Shown piece after piece: positions 34,346 through 42,402 of a DNA stretch of 59,896 bases. The number at the start of each line of letters is the position of its first letter. Position 1 is the stretch's first letter. Under the pieces are notes generated by a model. That model worked only from the letters and a program-made list of their open reading frames with translations. It was not told where the DNA came from and did no database searches. A program made the translations under genes and the position numbers. The stretch is from Acidimicrobiia bacterium. GTDB lineage: Bacteria; Actinomycetota; Acidimicrobiia; Spongiisociales; JAENVV01. The stretch is taken from positions 1 through 59,896 of the forward strand of contig JAENVV010000042.1 in the NCBI GenBank assembly GCA_016650365.1. Direction: 5' to 3'.

Positions 34346-35317
34346 CTACTTGATGGCCAACGGGTTGAGAGGCGAACCAACCGCCCGGGTGAACGGCAAT
34401 GGCGGACCGGCGAACATGAACTCGTACACGCCATCGTCTGCGCAGTCCTTGGCGAGGGCTTCGAAGTCGAATATCTCACCGAGCCAAAGCCCCATGTGGG
34501 CGATGAAGATGATGTGCATGGGCTGAGCAACGTCAGCCGTCTCGTTCGGGCGCACTTCGAGGCCCCATGTGTCGGTAGCCACGGCGACAATATTGCGGCT
34601 GTGCACCCACTCGGCACTCTTGAGTCCTAGCCCCGGAGCATCGCCCCCGGCGTAGTCGCCCCAAGCTCCATCTGCCTTGACTTTCGCCATGGCTCCGGTG
34701 CGTACGAACACGTAGTCGCCCTCGCCAACGGTGACATTGCCAAAGGCGGCGGCGCGATCAAGTTCGTCGGCGCCGATCGCGAATCCTGGCTCAAGCCATT
34801 CCACGCCTAGGGCGGCCGCGACATCGAGTAACACGCCTCGACCAACCATGCCCTCGGCTGCTTCCGTGATGGCGCCTTTCATGGCTCCTTTGCTACTGAC
34901 CTGATCGGCGGAGTATCCATTCCAGATGATGTCGCCGAACACGACGTGTCCGAGAGCATCCCATTGGGTTCCGGACTGGAGCGGCATGATGATGATGTCA
35001 TCGGTGCCACGAAAGTGCTTATCGACACCGCCATAGAAGTCCCGGATCGAAGTTCCGGCAATGGCATCTGCCCCATCGCGGATCATGAGATGGATAGGGT
35101 TGAAACGCCCGAGTCCACCAGTCTGCGGCCCGTCTTCGTCGAACGGGACCGCCATGGAGATCACCTTCCCCGATCGGACCAGCGAAGCGGCGTGGGTGAT
35201 GTGCTCAGGTCGAATGAGGTTGAGCGTCCCTTTGCCATCTTCGGGTCCCCACCGACCCCAGTTGGATAGCTGCTGACCGAGGGCACGAACGGTATCAATG
35301 TTGGGACCATCAGACAT
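34346..35317 (-). CDS. Putative cyclase family protein (kynurenine formamidase-like fold)
   Basis: 'GTLNLI...HITHAASLVRSGKVISMAVPF' and 'GTQWDALGHV' motifs. Start moved to ATG 35317, preceded by GGGAGGA. Confidence 0.75.
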   Translation of the reverse strand: MSDGPNIDTVRALGQQLSNWGRWGPEDGKGTLNLIRPEHITHAASLVRSGKVISMAVPFDEDGPQTGGLGRFNPIHLMIRDGADAIAGTSIRDFYGGVDKHFRGTDDIIIMPLQSGTQWDALGHVVFGDIIWNGYSADQVSSKGAMKGAITEAAEGMVGRGVLLDVAAALGVEWLEPGFAIGADELDRAAAFGNVTVGEGDYVFVRTGAMAKVKADGAWGDYAGGDAPGLGLKSAEWVHSRNIVAVATDTWGLEVRPNETADVAQPMHIIFIAHMGLWLGEIFDFEALAKDCADDGVYEFMFAGPPLPFTRAVGSPLNPLAIK

Positions 35318-35414
35318 GTTAATCCTCCCTAAGTGTCTCATTTTGTGAGACGGTGTCGTACCAAGTGAACCATACACCGTCCGAATGTGCCAGTATGCCC
35401 ACAGGAGGTAGAAG

Positions 35415-37085
35415 ATGATTACTGGCGCACAGGTACTGGCACGAATGCTCGATCTCTACGAGGTGACCCACATCTTCGCCGTCCCAGCCGTTCTCCGCAG
35501 AACGATGGCAGAACTGGAATTCCTCACCGACATCAAACGTATTCGACCGCATGGTGAAAAACCGGCCGCCTACATGGCGGATGGCTTTGCCAGGGTCTCC
35601 GGCAAACCGGGCCTCTGCATGGCACAAGTCATCGGCGCCCAGAATCTGGCCGCCGGATTAAGAGACGCCCACCTTGCCCACTCGCCGGTCATCGCTTTCA
35701 CCGGCGGACGCGACCCGAATAACAAGTACCGCAAGGTCTATCAAGAAGTCGATGACCTCCCCTCGTTCGACACGGTGACCAAGTTCAACGCGACAGTCGA
35801 CAAGGTCGAAAGAATCCCCGACATGGTTCGCCAAGCGTTCCGGGTGGCAGTAAGCGGATCACCAGGACCCGTGCATCTGCAATTCGCCGGGAACGAGGGC
35901 CAGATTGATCTTGGCGAAGCCGACATGGATGTCATCGTTGACGACTTGTTCAAGGCCGTTCCCCCGTTCCGTCCGGCCGGAGACGCCTCCGCCATCCAGG
36001 CCGCCGTCCGGGCTTTGGAAACAGCCGAGCGTCCCGTGATCGTCGCCGGTGGCGGAGTACGCCATTCACGGGCCGGCGCCGAGTTGGTTGCCCTGGCCGA
36101 AGCGTTGGCGATCCCGGTCGCGACGTCCCTCAATGGAAAGGACACCATTGCTGCTTCACACCCGATGTCGGTTGGGGTCGTCGGCAGCTATTCGCGTTCC
36201 TCGGCCAATTCGGTCGTAGCGTCCGCCGATCTGGTGTTGTTCATCGGAACCGAAACCGGCGGGATGACCACACATTTCTGGCAGGTCCCCGAGGTCGGTC
36301 GCCGGGCCATGCAGATTGACATCGATCCCGAAGCTCTCGGTCGCAACTACCCGCTAGAGGTCGCTATCCAGGCCGATGCCAGAACGACCCTGGCGGCCAT
36401 GATCAAACTGGCTGACCCTTCGACGGCCAGTCGCAGAGCTGGTTGGATTACCGACGCCCAGGCCCGGGTCGCCGCATGGCGAACCGAATTCGAGCCATTG
36501 TTGACATCCGACCAAGCACCCATCCGCCCCGAGCGACTCGCTTCAGAGCTGAGCAGCCTCGTCCCCGACGACGGAGTGTTCGTAGTCGACACGGGCCATG
36601 CCGGGATGTGGATGGGGGGCATGTACGACGTGCGGGCCGGACAGACGTACATTCGCAGCGCGGGCCATCTGGGGTGGGCCTTCCCTGCCAGCCTCGGGGC
36701 CAAGTGTGCCGCCCCCGATCGACCGGTGGTTTGTTTCACCGGCGATTCCGGATTCCTCTACCACATCGGCGATATCGAGACTGCCGTCCGTTCGAAGATC
36801 AATACCGTCACCGTCGTGAACAACAACTCGTCGGGTAACCAGTCAAAACGCGGGTTCGACCGCGCCTACGGTGGCGAGCAAACCGACCAGGCCGGCGAAC
36901 TCTGGAAGTTCACCGAACTGAACTTTGCCAAGATCGCCGAGGACATGGGAGCGGTTGGCATACGAGTGGAACGGCCAGGCGACTTTGGCCCTGCGTTGGA
37001 GCGAGCGCTCGAAATGGATCGGCCGGTCATCATCGACACGGTGACCGACATCGACGCCCTGGCCCCCCTCGCCGTCACCAAATAG
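35415..37085 (+). CDS. Thiamine-diphosphate-dependent enzyme of the acetolactate synthase/sulfoacetaldehyde acetyltransferase superfamily
   Basis: N-terminal pyrimidine-binding domain, central domain, and the C-terminal 'GDSGFLYHIGDIETAVRSKINTVTVVNNN' ThDP motif. Confidence 0.85.
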   Translation: MITGAQVLARMLDLYEVTHIFAVPAVLRRTMAELEFLTDIKRIRPHGEKPAAYMADGFARVSGKPGLCMAQVIGAQNLAAGLRDAHLAHSPVIAFTGGRDPNNKYRKVYQEVDDLPSFDTVTKFNATVDKVERIPDMVRQAFRVAVSGSPGPVHLQFAGNEGQIDLGEADMDVIVDDLFKAVPPFRPAGDASAIQAAVRALETAERPVIVAGGGVRHSRAGAELVALAEALAIPVATSLNGKDTIAASHPMSVGVVGSYSRSSANSVVASADLVLFIGTETGGMTTHFWQVPEVGRRAMQIDIDPEALGRNYPLEVAIQADARTTLAAMIKLADPSTASRRAGWITDAQARVAAWRTEFEPLLTSDQAPIRPERLASELSSLVPDDGVFVVDTGHAGMWMGGMYDVRAGQTYIRSAGHLGWAFPASLGAKCAAPDRPVVCFTGDSGFLYHIGDIETAVRSKINTVTVVNNNSSGNQSKRGFDRAYGGEQTDQAGELWKFTELNFAKIAEDMGAVGIRVERPGDFGPALERALEMDRPVIIDTVTDIDALAPLAVTK

Positions 37086-37727
37086 CTATTTCTTGATGGC
37101 CAGAGTCAGCCCATCGGCGATGCCAACCATCTCGACGTCGAAGGCTGGATGGGCGACGAGCCATTGGTTGAAAGCCCGGATGGTGACGGTGGACGGTGAC
37201 GCATCGTCGGTGATCACCTGGCGTCTCCACAACGTGTTGTCGACCATGACGACGCCGCCTTGCGGCACCTTGGGAATTACTGCTTCGACATAGGCCTGCA
37301 AGTTTTCTTTGTCGGCGTCGATGAAGACGAGTTGAAAGGGACCGTCGAGGTGGGCAATCGACTCGAGGGCGGGGCCGATAATGAGATCGATCCGATCGGC
37401 AACCCGCGCCTCTGCCCAGGCCTGACGAGCGATGGCGGTGAACTCATCGCTGATGTCGAGACAGGTCATCCGCCCACCATCGACCATGGCGCCAGCCATG
37501 ATCAGCGAGGACAGGCCGGTGAAAGTACCGATCTCGAGGATTGCTTCTGGGCGAATGAGGCGGACCATGGCTCGTAGGAAAATCGCCTCGTCCGGCGTGA
37601 TCTGCATAGAGCGCTCCGGCATGGCCTGGGTCTCGGCAATGATGCGACGCACGACCGGATGGACTGGCTCGGACGAGGCGAAGATGTAGTCCTGGAGTTC
37701 CTCGGGGAGCTCGATCGCATTGTCCAT
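37086..37727 (-). CDS. Class I SAM-dependent O-methyltransferase (caffeoyl-CoA OMT-like)
   Basis: 'ILEIGTFTGLSSLIMAGAM' SAM motif and 'LVFIDADKENLQAYVE'. Start at the internal ATG 37727. Confidence 0.85.
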   Translation of the reverse strand: MDNAIELPEELQDYIFASSEPVHPVVRRIIAETQAMPERSMQITPDEAIFLRAMVRLIRPEAILEIGTFTGLSSLIMAGAMVDGGRMTCLDISDEFTAIARQAWAEARVADRIDLIIGPALESIAHLDGPFQLVFIDADKENLQAYVEAVIPKVPQGGVVMVDNTLWRRQVITDDASPSTVTIRAFNQWLVAHPAFDVEMVGIADGLTLAIKK

Positions 37728-37731
37728 CAGG

Positions 37732-38340
37732 TCACTCCTTGATCGTCGCTCCGGGTTCTCCCACGGCCAGGGCATCCCTGAGCCGACGGATCCGCCCGGC
37801 GTGATCGCTGTGATGCACTGCCCGAAGCTCATGGGTGTTGAGAACTGGCATCACCACAAAGTGGGGACCGGGTTCGTCAAGCAGGCCGGGAAGCTCCGAC
37901 TGGAAGGTCTCGAGGTCAGCGATACGTTCGACTTTGCCGTTCCCCGTAGCGCCGCCACCCTGGATCCCTGCCCCCTTCGCCAATGTCACGAAGTCGACCC
38001 TGGCCGGCAAGGGCTGGCCACCCACCATTTCGTACGTTCGATTCTCAAGCAGCAACACGATCAGATTCTCCGGACCGTACTGGGCCATGGTCACCAGCGA
38101 TCCGAGGCTCATTAGCAGTCCACCGTCGCCTTTGAGCACGATCACTTTTCGTTCCGGTCGAGCCAAGGCGAGTCCCATCCCAAAGTCCGAGGCGTGCCCC
38201 ATCCCGAACGCCAGAAAATCAAAGTCGAGCGGATGGTCCGACACGAGAGGCCACTGCAACGTCGCCGTCATCGTCATGACCACGATTTCGTCAGTCCGGG
38301 AGTCGGCCAACGCTCTGAAGACATCGAGCCGTTCCATCAT
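37732..38340 (-). CDS. Sulfopyruvate/phosphonopyruvate decarboxylase-like beta subunit (ThDP pyrophosphate-binding domain)
   Basis: 'VIVLKGDGGLLMSLGSLVTMAQYGPENLIVLLLENRTYEMVGGQ' ThDP-binding motif. ATGA overlap with the alpha-subunit stop. Confidence 0.8.
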   Translation of the reverse strand: MMERLDVFRALADSRTDEIVVMTMTATLQWPLVSDHPLDFDFLAFGMGHASDFGMGLALARPERKVIVLKGDGGLLMSLGSLVTMAQYGPENLIVLLLENRTYEMVGGQPLPARVDFVTLAKGAGIQGGGATGNGKVERIADLETFQSELPGLLDEPGPHFVVMPVLNTHELRAVHHSDHAGRIRRLRDALAVGEPGATIKE

Positions 38341-38876
38341 GGTCGAAACTTCCAACCGGTTATGACTGCGGCCGGTTTCGACGTGCGGGCGGCCCGCTCA
38401 TCCATGCTGGCGATAACGCCGATATCGTCGTTCGACATGAGGTGTTCATAGGGGATCTGCCAGGCGTCGAGGATCGGCTCGGTGTATGGATAGGCCGAAT
38501 CCACCGGCTGCTTACCCTGGGAGGCCCCGGCGTAGCCGCGCCACCCGATCAGCATTTGCAGAGGAACTCTGGGCCCAATTCCACATCCTCGCAAGGCATC
38601 GCCCGCTTCCATCAGCCCCGTGTTCTGAATGACGAGTAGCGGCTTGGCGCCACCCACCCATAGACCGGCGGCAATTGCGATACCTTCGCCTTCTCGACAG
38701 GGGGTGAGATAGGAAAGCCGTTCGTGGGCGGCGGCAGCTTCACAGAGCAGCCGGCTTTCGCTGTCGGGAATGGCGATCACGTGAGTGAATCCAAGCCGAA
38801 CGATCTCATCAATCGTAAGTCGGGCGCTCGCCCCGATCACGGCGGGATCGGCGATCACGGCGGGATCGGCGATCAC
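38337..38876 (-). CDS. Sulfopyruvate/phosphonopyruvate decarboxylase-like alpha subunit (ThDP pyrimidine-binding domain)
   Basis: 'FTHVIAIPDSESRLL...CREGEGIAIAAGLWVGGAKPLLVIQNTGL'. Start ambiguous, with GTG candidates at 38912, 38876, 38858 and 38840. 38876 is the GTGA-coupled one. Confidence 0.7.
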   Translation of the reverse strand: MIADPAVIADPAVIGASARLTIDEIVRLGFTHVIAIPDSESRLLCEAAAAHERLSYLTPCREGEGIAIAAGLWVGGAKPLLVIQNTGLMEAGDALRGCGIGPRVPLQMLIGWRGYAGASQGKQPVDSAYPYTEPILDAWQIPYEHLMSNDDIGVIASMDERAARTSKPAAVITGWKFRP

Positions 38877-38888
38877 GGGGTAATCGGC
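38835..38888. repeat. Tandem 18-bp repeat x3 spanning a stop/start junction
   Basis: GATCACGGCGGGATCGGC (38835-52), an identical copy (38853-70) and GATCACGGGGTAATCGGC (38871-88). On the coding strand each unit carries GTGA. Confidence 0.85.
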
Positions 38889-39970
38889 TCGACGCCGAGC
38901 TGATCCGCCCACCGCTTGAGATTGGCCAGCACGGCTGGCGTGATCGGGATCCCCTCCACACGGTTGGCGGCTTCGGCCATCGCCTCGGGTTCGCCAGGAA
39001 TGAAGATGCGGTCATGACCGGGCGCCTTGGCGGAGTCGCGTATGAGCGTGAAAGTCGCTTCCATCTCGGCGGCAATTTCTTGCGGTGGCCGAAACCCGGC
39101 GAGCTTGATGGCACCCATAAAGTGGCCCATGGCGGGCGGCTGGTGCCCGTCGGCACCCGCCAGGCGATCAGCCAGTGGACTGCCCGGTAACGCCCCGCAT
39201 AGAAGCTCGGCCAGCAGGGAGAGCCCATAACCCTTGTGTCCGCCGGTTTCTACGCCTTCCCCACCGAGCGGCAGGAGCGGAGCCGAGTAATCAAGCACTC
39301 CGTTCGAATCTAGTTGCGGGGTCGGAGCAGCTGATGCGGTCCACCCAGGAGGGACCGGGCGATCTTCCCGTAGCGCGGTTTCGATCTTGCCAACCGCCAC
39401 GGCGGTGGTCGCCATGTCGAGGTAGAAATCGGTCCCATCTCCCGCTCCCGGCATGGTGATGCTGATCGGGTTCGTTCCGAGAATCGACTCGACCCCGAAT
39501 GTCGGGGCCGCCCGCCTTCCCCCGCTGGAAACGCTGATACCAATGCACCCTTGCCGCATGGCCTTTTGCGCCCAATAGCCTGCGAAACCGAAGTGGCTCG
39601 AGTTGCCGACGGCCACAAAGCCCGAGCCGTATCCATTGGCCATCGTGAGGGCCTCGTCCATGGCGCGGTTGGCCGCCACAATTCCAATGGCGTTGTCGGC
39701 GTCGAGCACTCCGGTGGTGGGCGAATCGGAAGCGTATGAAAAGGTCGGTCGCGTATTGATGGTGCCGCGGGTGAGGCGCACGAGGAAGTAGCTGACCCTG
39801 GCAACCCCATGGCTGCGGATCCCCCGAAGGTCGGCACTAGCCAGAACGTCCGCCACCAGGTCGGCGTCGGCAGGCGGTACATCGACGGCTTCAAGTAGTC
39901 GCCGTACCAACGCCTTGGCGTCGGCTGGAGAAACCCGGATGGTTCCCGCCGGGGGCGCTGCTTCAACCAA
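38873..39970 (-). CDS. Ldh_2 family dehydrogenase, (R)-sulfolactate/malate dehydrogenase-like
   Basis: 'ADLRGIRSHGVARVSYF' and 'NSSHFGFAGYWA' motifs of the malate/L-lactate dehydrogenase type 2 family. Adjacent to split decarboxylase subunits. Confidence 0.8.
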   Translation of the reverse strand: MVEAAPPAGTIRVSPADAKALVRRLLEAVDVPPADADLVADVLASADLRGIRSHGVARVSYFLVRLTRGTINTRPTFSYASDSPTTGVLDADNAIGIVAANRAMDEALTMANGYGSGFVAVGNSSHFGFAGYWAQKAMRQGCIGISVSSGGRRAAPTFGVESILGTNPISITMPGAGDGTDFYLDMATTAVAVGKIETALREDRPVPPGWTASAAPTPQLDSNGVLDYSAPLLPLGGEGVETGGHKGYGLSLLAELLCGALPGSPLADRLAGADGHQPPAMGHFMGAIKLAGFRPPQEIAAEMEATFTLIRDSAKAPGHDRIFIPGEPEAMAEAANRVEGIPITPAVLANLKRWADQLGVEPITP

Positions 39971-39982
39971 GTGGTGCGCTCG

Positions 39983-40780
39983 TCATGGCGTCTCAGGCGG
40001 AAGAGAAACGAGAGCCGCGTAGAGAGAAACTTGATCGACGGTCGCAAAAGCTGACACCACGCCGACATTGGTTTCGTCTTCGATGGTCTGACGCAACTTG
40101 AGACCTGCCGCAGTTACTGCCCCGTCGGCGACCAGTCCGCGCTCCTCGAGGCGGTCGGTCATGACCACCGGTGCCTGAGTGTCACTTCCACCCCAGGCGG
40201 CCGTCAGCATCTCGATCTCAGCCGGGTTCAAGTCATACCGCTTCCACGCTTCGACGTGAGCTTCGTTGCGGAGAAGCCGCAGTCCGGACAACCGATAGTG
40301 GAATCGGTGGAAGAGGTCGTCAGGTTTTGGACCGGATATGGCGGCCTGCGCCAGGCCGTACCGTTCAGGACTCGCTTCAAGAATCCGACGCACGGGTCCG
40401 GCGGCCGCTTCAACCGTGTCTCGATGATCAATCCAAAAGTAACGCGCCGAGTTTCGGACCGCGGTGTTCAACTCCTCCAGGATCGGCTGAACTCGATCTG
40501 TCGGGCGCAAGTGGTCCCCGTCTCTCGAAAAGAAGCCGCCGTCGACCATGTCCTCGATAAACGCCTTCAATACTTCCGGCGGCCGATAGAGGTAGCGTCG
40601 CAATACGAACTCTTCGGACAGAACATCAACGAACGGCACCAGGTTATTGAGCGTGCCGAAGGCGCCAGGGTCCATCCCCGCCTTCTCCAGAATCGCCAGA
40701 TCCACCTCGTGATCGCGGGCTCGAAAATTCACCGCCCACACCAGTCGGTCAATTTCGGGGGCGAGCGCAGCAGGGTTCAT
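39983..40780 (-). CDS. Hypothetical protein with C-terminal MarR-like winged helix
   Basis: 'LNPAEIEMLTAAWGG...RLEERGLVADGAVTAAGLKLRQTIEDETN' resembles a wHTH. First gene of the minus-strand operon. Start at ATG 40780 (7 nt after a TATAAT) or ATG 40789. Confidence 0.45.
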   Translation of the reverse strand: MNPAALAPEIDRLVWAVNFRARDHEVDLAILEKAGMDPGAFGTLNNLVPFVDVLSEEFVLRRYLYRPPEVLKAFIEDMVDGGFFSRDGDHLRPTDRVQPILEELNTAVRNSARYFWIDHRDTVEAAAGPVRRILEASPERYGLAQAAISGPKPDDLFHRFHYRLSGLRLLRNEAHVEAWKRYDLNPAEIEMLTAAWGGSDTQAPVVMTDRLEERGLVADGAVTAAGLKLRQTIEDETNVGVVSAFATVDQVSLYAALVSLPPETP

Positions 40781-40787
40781 ATTTTGC

Positions 40788-40793
40788 ATTATA
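40788..40793 (-). promoter_or_regulatory. TATAAT -10 hexamer, leaderless geometry
   Basis: The minus strand reads ATATAATGCAAAATATG, i.e. TATAAT, a 7-nt spacer, then ATG 40780. Part of a 13-mer shared with 50816-50828. Confidence 0.35.
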
Positions 40794-40853
40794 TTTGGTG
40801 ATCGGCCGGAACGGCGGCCACACGACATCGGGCAAGCCGACGGGAGACATTTC

Positions 40854-41606
40854 TTGAGCAACATCAACTGGGATTTTTCGGGCAAGGTGGTAGTGATCAC
40901 CGGTTCGGCCATCGGGATGGGTGCCGATGCCGTAGCCAGATTCCGCCAGGCCGGAGCCACCGTATACGGTCTCGACATTGATCAGGAACGCGGCTCCCAG
41001 GTAGCCCTGGACACCGACACGACCTTCATTGCCTGTGACATCACCGACCGGAGCGCGGTGGGAACAACGTTCGATCGAATAGCTGCCGAATCTGGCAAGC
41101 TCGACATCCTCATCAACAATGCCGGCGGTTTCTGGGAACAGTTGACGGTCGAAGAAACCAGCGAAGGGGAATGGAACAAGGTCATCGATCTGAACCTCAA
41201 AGCCGTGTTCCTGTGTGCGCAAAGAGCGATCCCCCTTCTTCGGCTGTCGTCGAGCGGCAGAATCATCACGATCGGATCTCTGGCCGGCCAGACCACGATG
41301 TATCGATCGTCGCCTCCCTATGCCGCAGCCAAAGCCGGGGTCATGGCGCTCAGCCGGAACCTCGCGTATGAGTTGGCCGCCGACGGTATCACATCGAATG
41401 TCATCGCCCCGAGTGCGGTACTCACCGATCGAATCCTCAAAGTTCGCGGGCCCGAAGAGCGTGCCGCCACCCAGAAAACCATCCCGCTCGGCCGCTATGG
41501 CGAAGTCGATGACATCGTCCAGTGGATGATGTTCCTCGCCTCTGACGAGTCTGCCTACATGACCGGCCAGACCATCACGGTCAACGGCGGCCGGTTCATG
41601 ATTTAG
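40854..41606 (+). CDS. SDR family oxidoreductase (FabG-like)
   Basis: 'GKVVVITGSAIGMG', 'NNAG' and 'YAAAKAG' motifs. TTG start with a GGGAGA RBS. Confidence 0.9.
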   Translation: MSNINWDFSGKVVVITGSAIGMGADAVARFRQAGATVYGLDIDQERGSQVALDTDTTFIACDITDRSAVGTTFDRIAAESGKLDILINNAGGFWEQLTVEETSEGEWNKVIDLNLKAVFLCAQRAIPLLRLSSSGRIITIGSLAGQTTMYRSSPPYAAAKAGVMALSRNLAYELAADGITSNVIAPSAVLTDRILKVRGPEERAATQKTIPLGRYGEVDDIVQWMMFLASDESAYMTGQTITVNGGRFMI

Positions 41607-41746
41607 CGCTGGCCGACATATCGCCTGCAGAGCGAGCGAATTCTTCTGCAATAGCCAGGAAGCCCACTCGCCGAAATAGTCTCGATTCGGGTCCCAACGC
41701 TCGGTGAGATCCATATGATCTCTCCATCGACCAAGTGGGAGGGACC

Positions 41747-42394
41747 GTGAGAAGATTAATTGGTTCGTTGACGATCATCGGACTCCTCGCAAGCGCTTGC
41801 GGAAGCACCACAGTGGCCGCCACCACGGTCCCCATTGCAACGACCACGACGGCCCCAACTGAGACGCCCACCACCGTCCCCGTCGACACGACCGTTGCCC
41901 CGACTCCGGAGACTCCTACGACCGCCACCGCTGCGCCAGGGCCGGCGACCTTCAAGGACCGAAATTTCCCCGTGTCGTATGCGATCATCAAGCCGGAGAA
42001 GACGGTTCTAAAACAATCTCCCGACTCAGGCGAGGTCAACTACCTTGAACACAAGTCCGGCGAGAACGCGGGCGTCGTCTTGACGACAAGGGGCCCATCG
42101 ACCCTTGATGAGTGGCGAGAGAGCCAGGTAGGCAAGCCAATCACCGTTTCGAACGAGTCGACCGAGGTCGAGATCGGTGGCATTACCGGTGCCTACCTGA
42201 CATTCACGGCCCAAGAGAACTCAGTAGCACCTGGACAATTGGACTTTACGTTTGAACCCGGCGACTCCGGCCGCGTCTACATGGTGGATGTCGGCAGCGA
42301 AGTGGTCACGATCATCGGCGTTGCCGGACCTGACCTTTGGCCGGATTTCCAGTTCGAACTCGACGAGCTTATCGCGGGTCTCACCTGGGACTAG
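41747..42394 (+). CDS. Lipoprotein with Thr/Pro-rich linker, function unknown
   Basis: 'VRRLIGSLTIIGLLASACGS' lipobox. GTG 41747 preceded by GGGAGGG. Confidence 0.6.
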   Translation: MRRLIGSLTIIGLLASACGSTTVAATTVPIATTTTAPTETPTTVPVDTTVAPTPETPTTATAAPGPATFKDRNFPVSYAIIKPEKTVLKQSPDSGEVNYLEHKSGENAGVVLTTRGPSTLDEWRESQVGKPITVSNESTEVEIGGITGAYLTFTAQENSVAPGQLDFTFEPGDSGRVYMVDVGSEVVTIIGVAGPDLWPDFQFELDELIAGLTWD

Positions 42395-42402
42395 TTCGTC
42401 CG

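Noticed and set aside
35415-37085. Calling the ThDP enzyme sulfoacetaldehyde acetyltransferase (Xsc)
   Set aside because: Only general acetolactate-synthase-family motifs are visible, and I recall Xsc proteins as somewhat longer than this 556-aa protein. The assignment stays at family level, and the Xsc idea appears only as a hypothesis in the cluster finding.
38835-38888. Tandem 18-bp repeats as a CRISPR array or minisatellite
   Set aside because: There are only three abutting units with no spacers and no cas genes. They sit in frame within and between coding sequences, so they are reported as a coding tandem repeat instead.
40749-41714. 321-aa minus-strand ORF
   Set aside because: It is antisense to the clear SDR gene at 40854-41606, and its Arg/Gly-rich translation has no motifs.
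41800-41945. ACC/ACG/CCC-rich repetitive DNA
   Set aside because: It encodes the Thr/Pro-rich linker of the lipoprotein (41747-42394) and is low-complexity coding sequence, not a repeat element.
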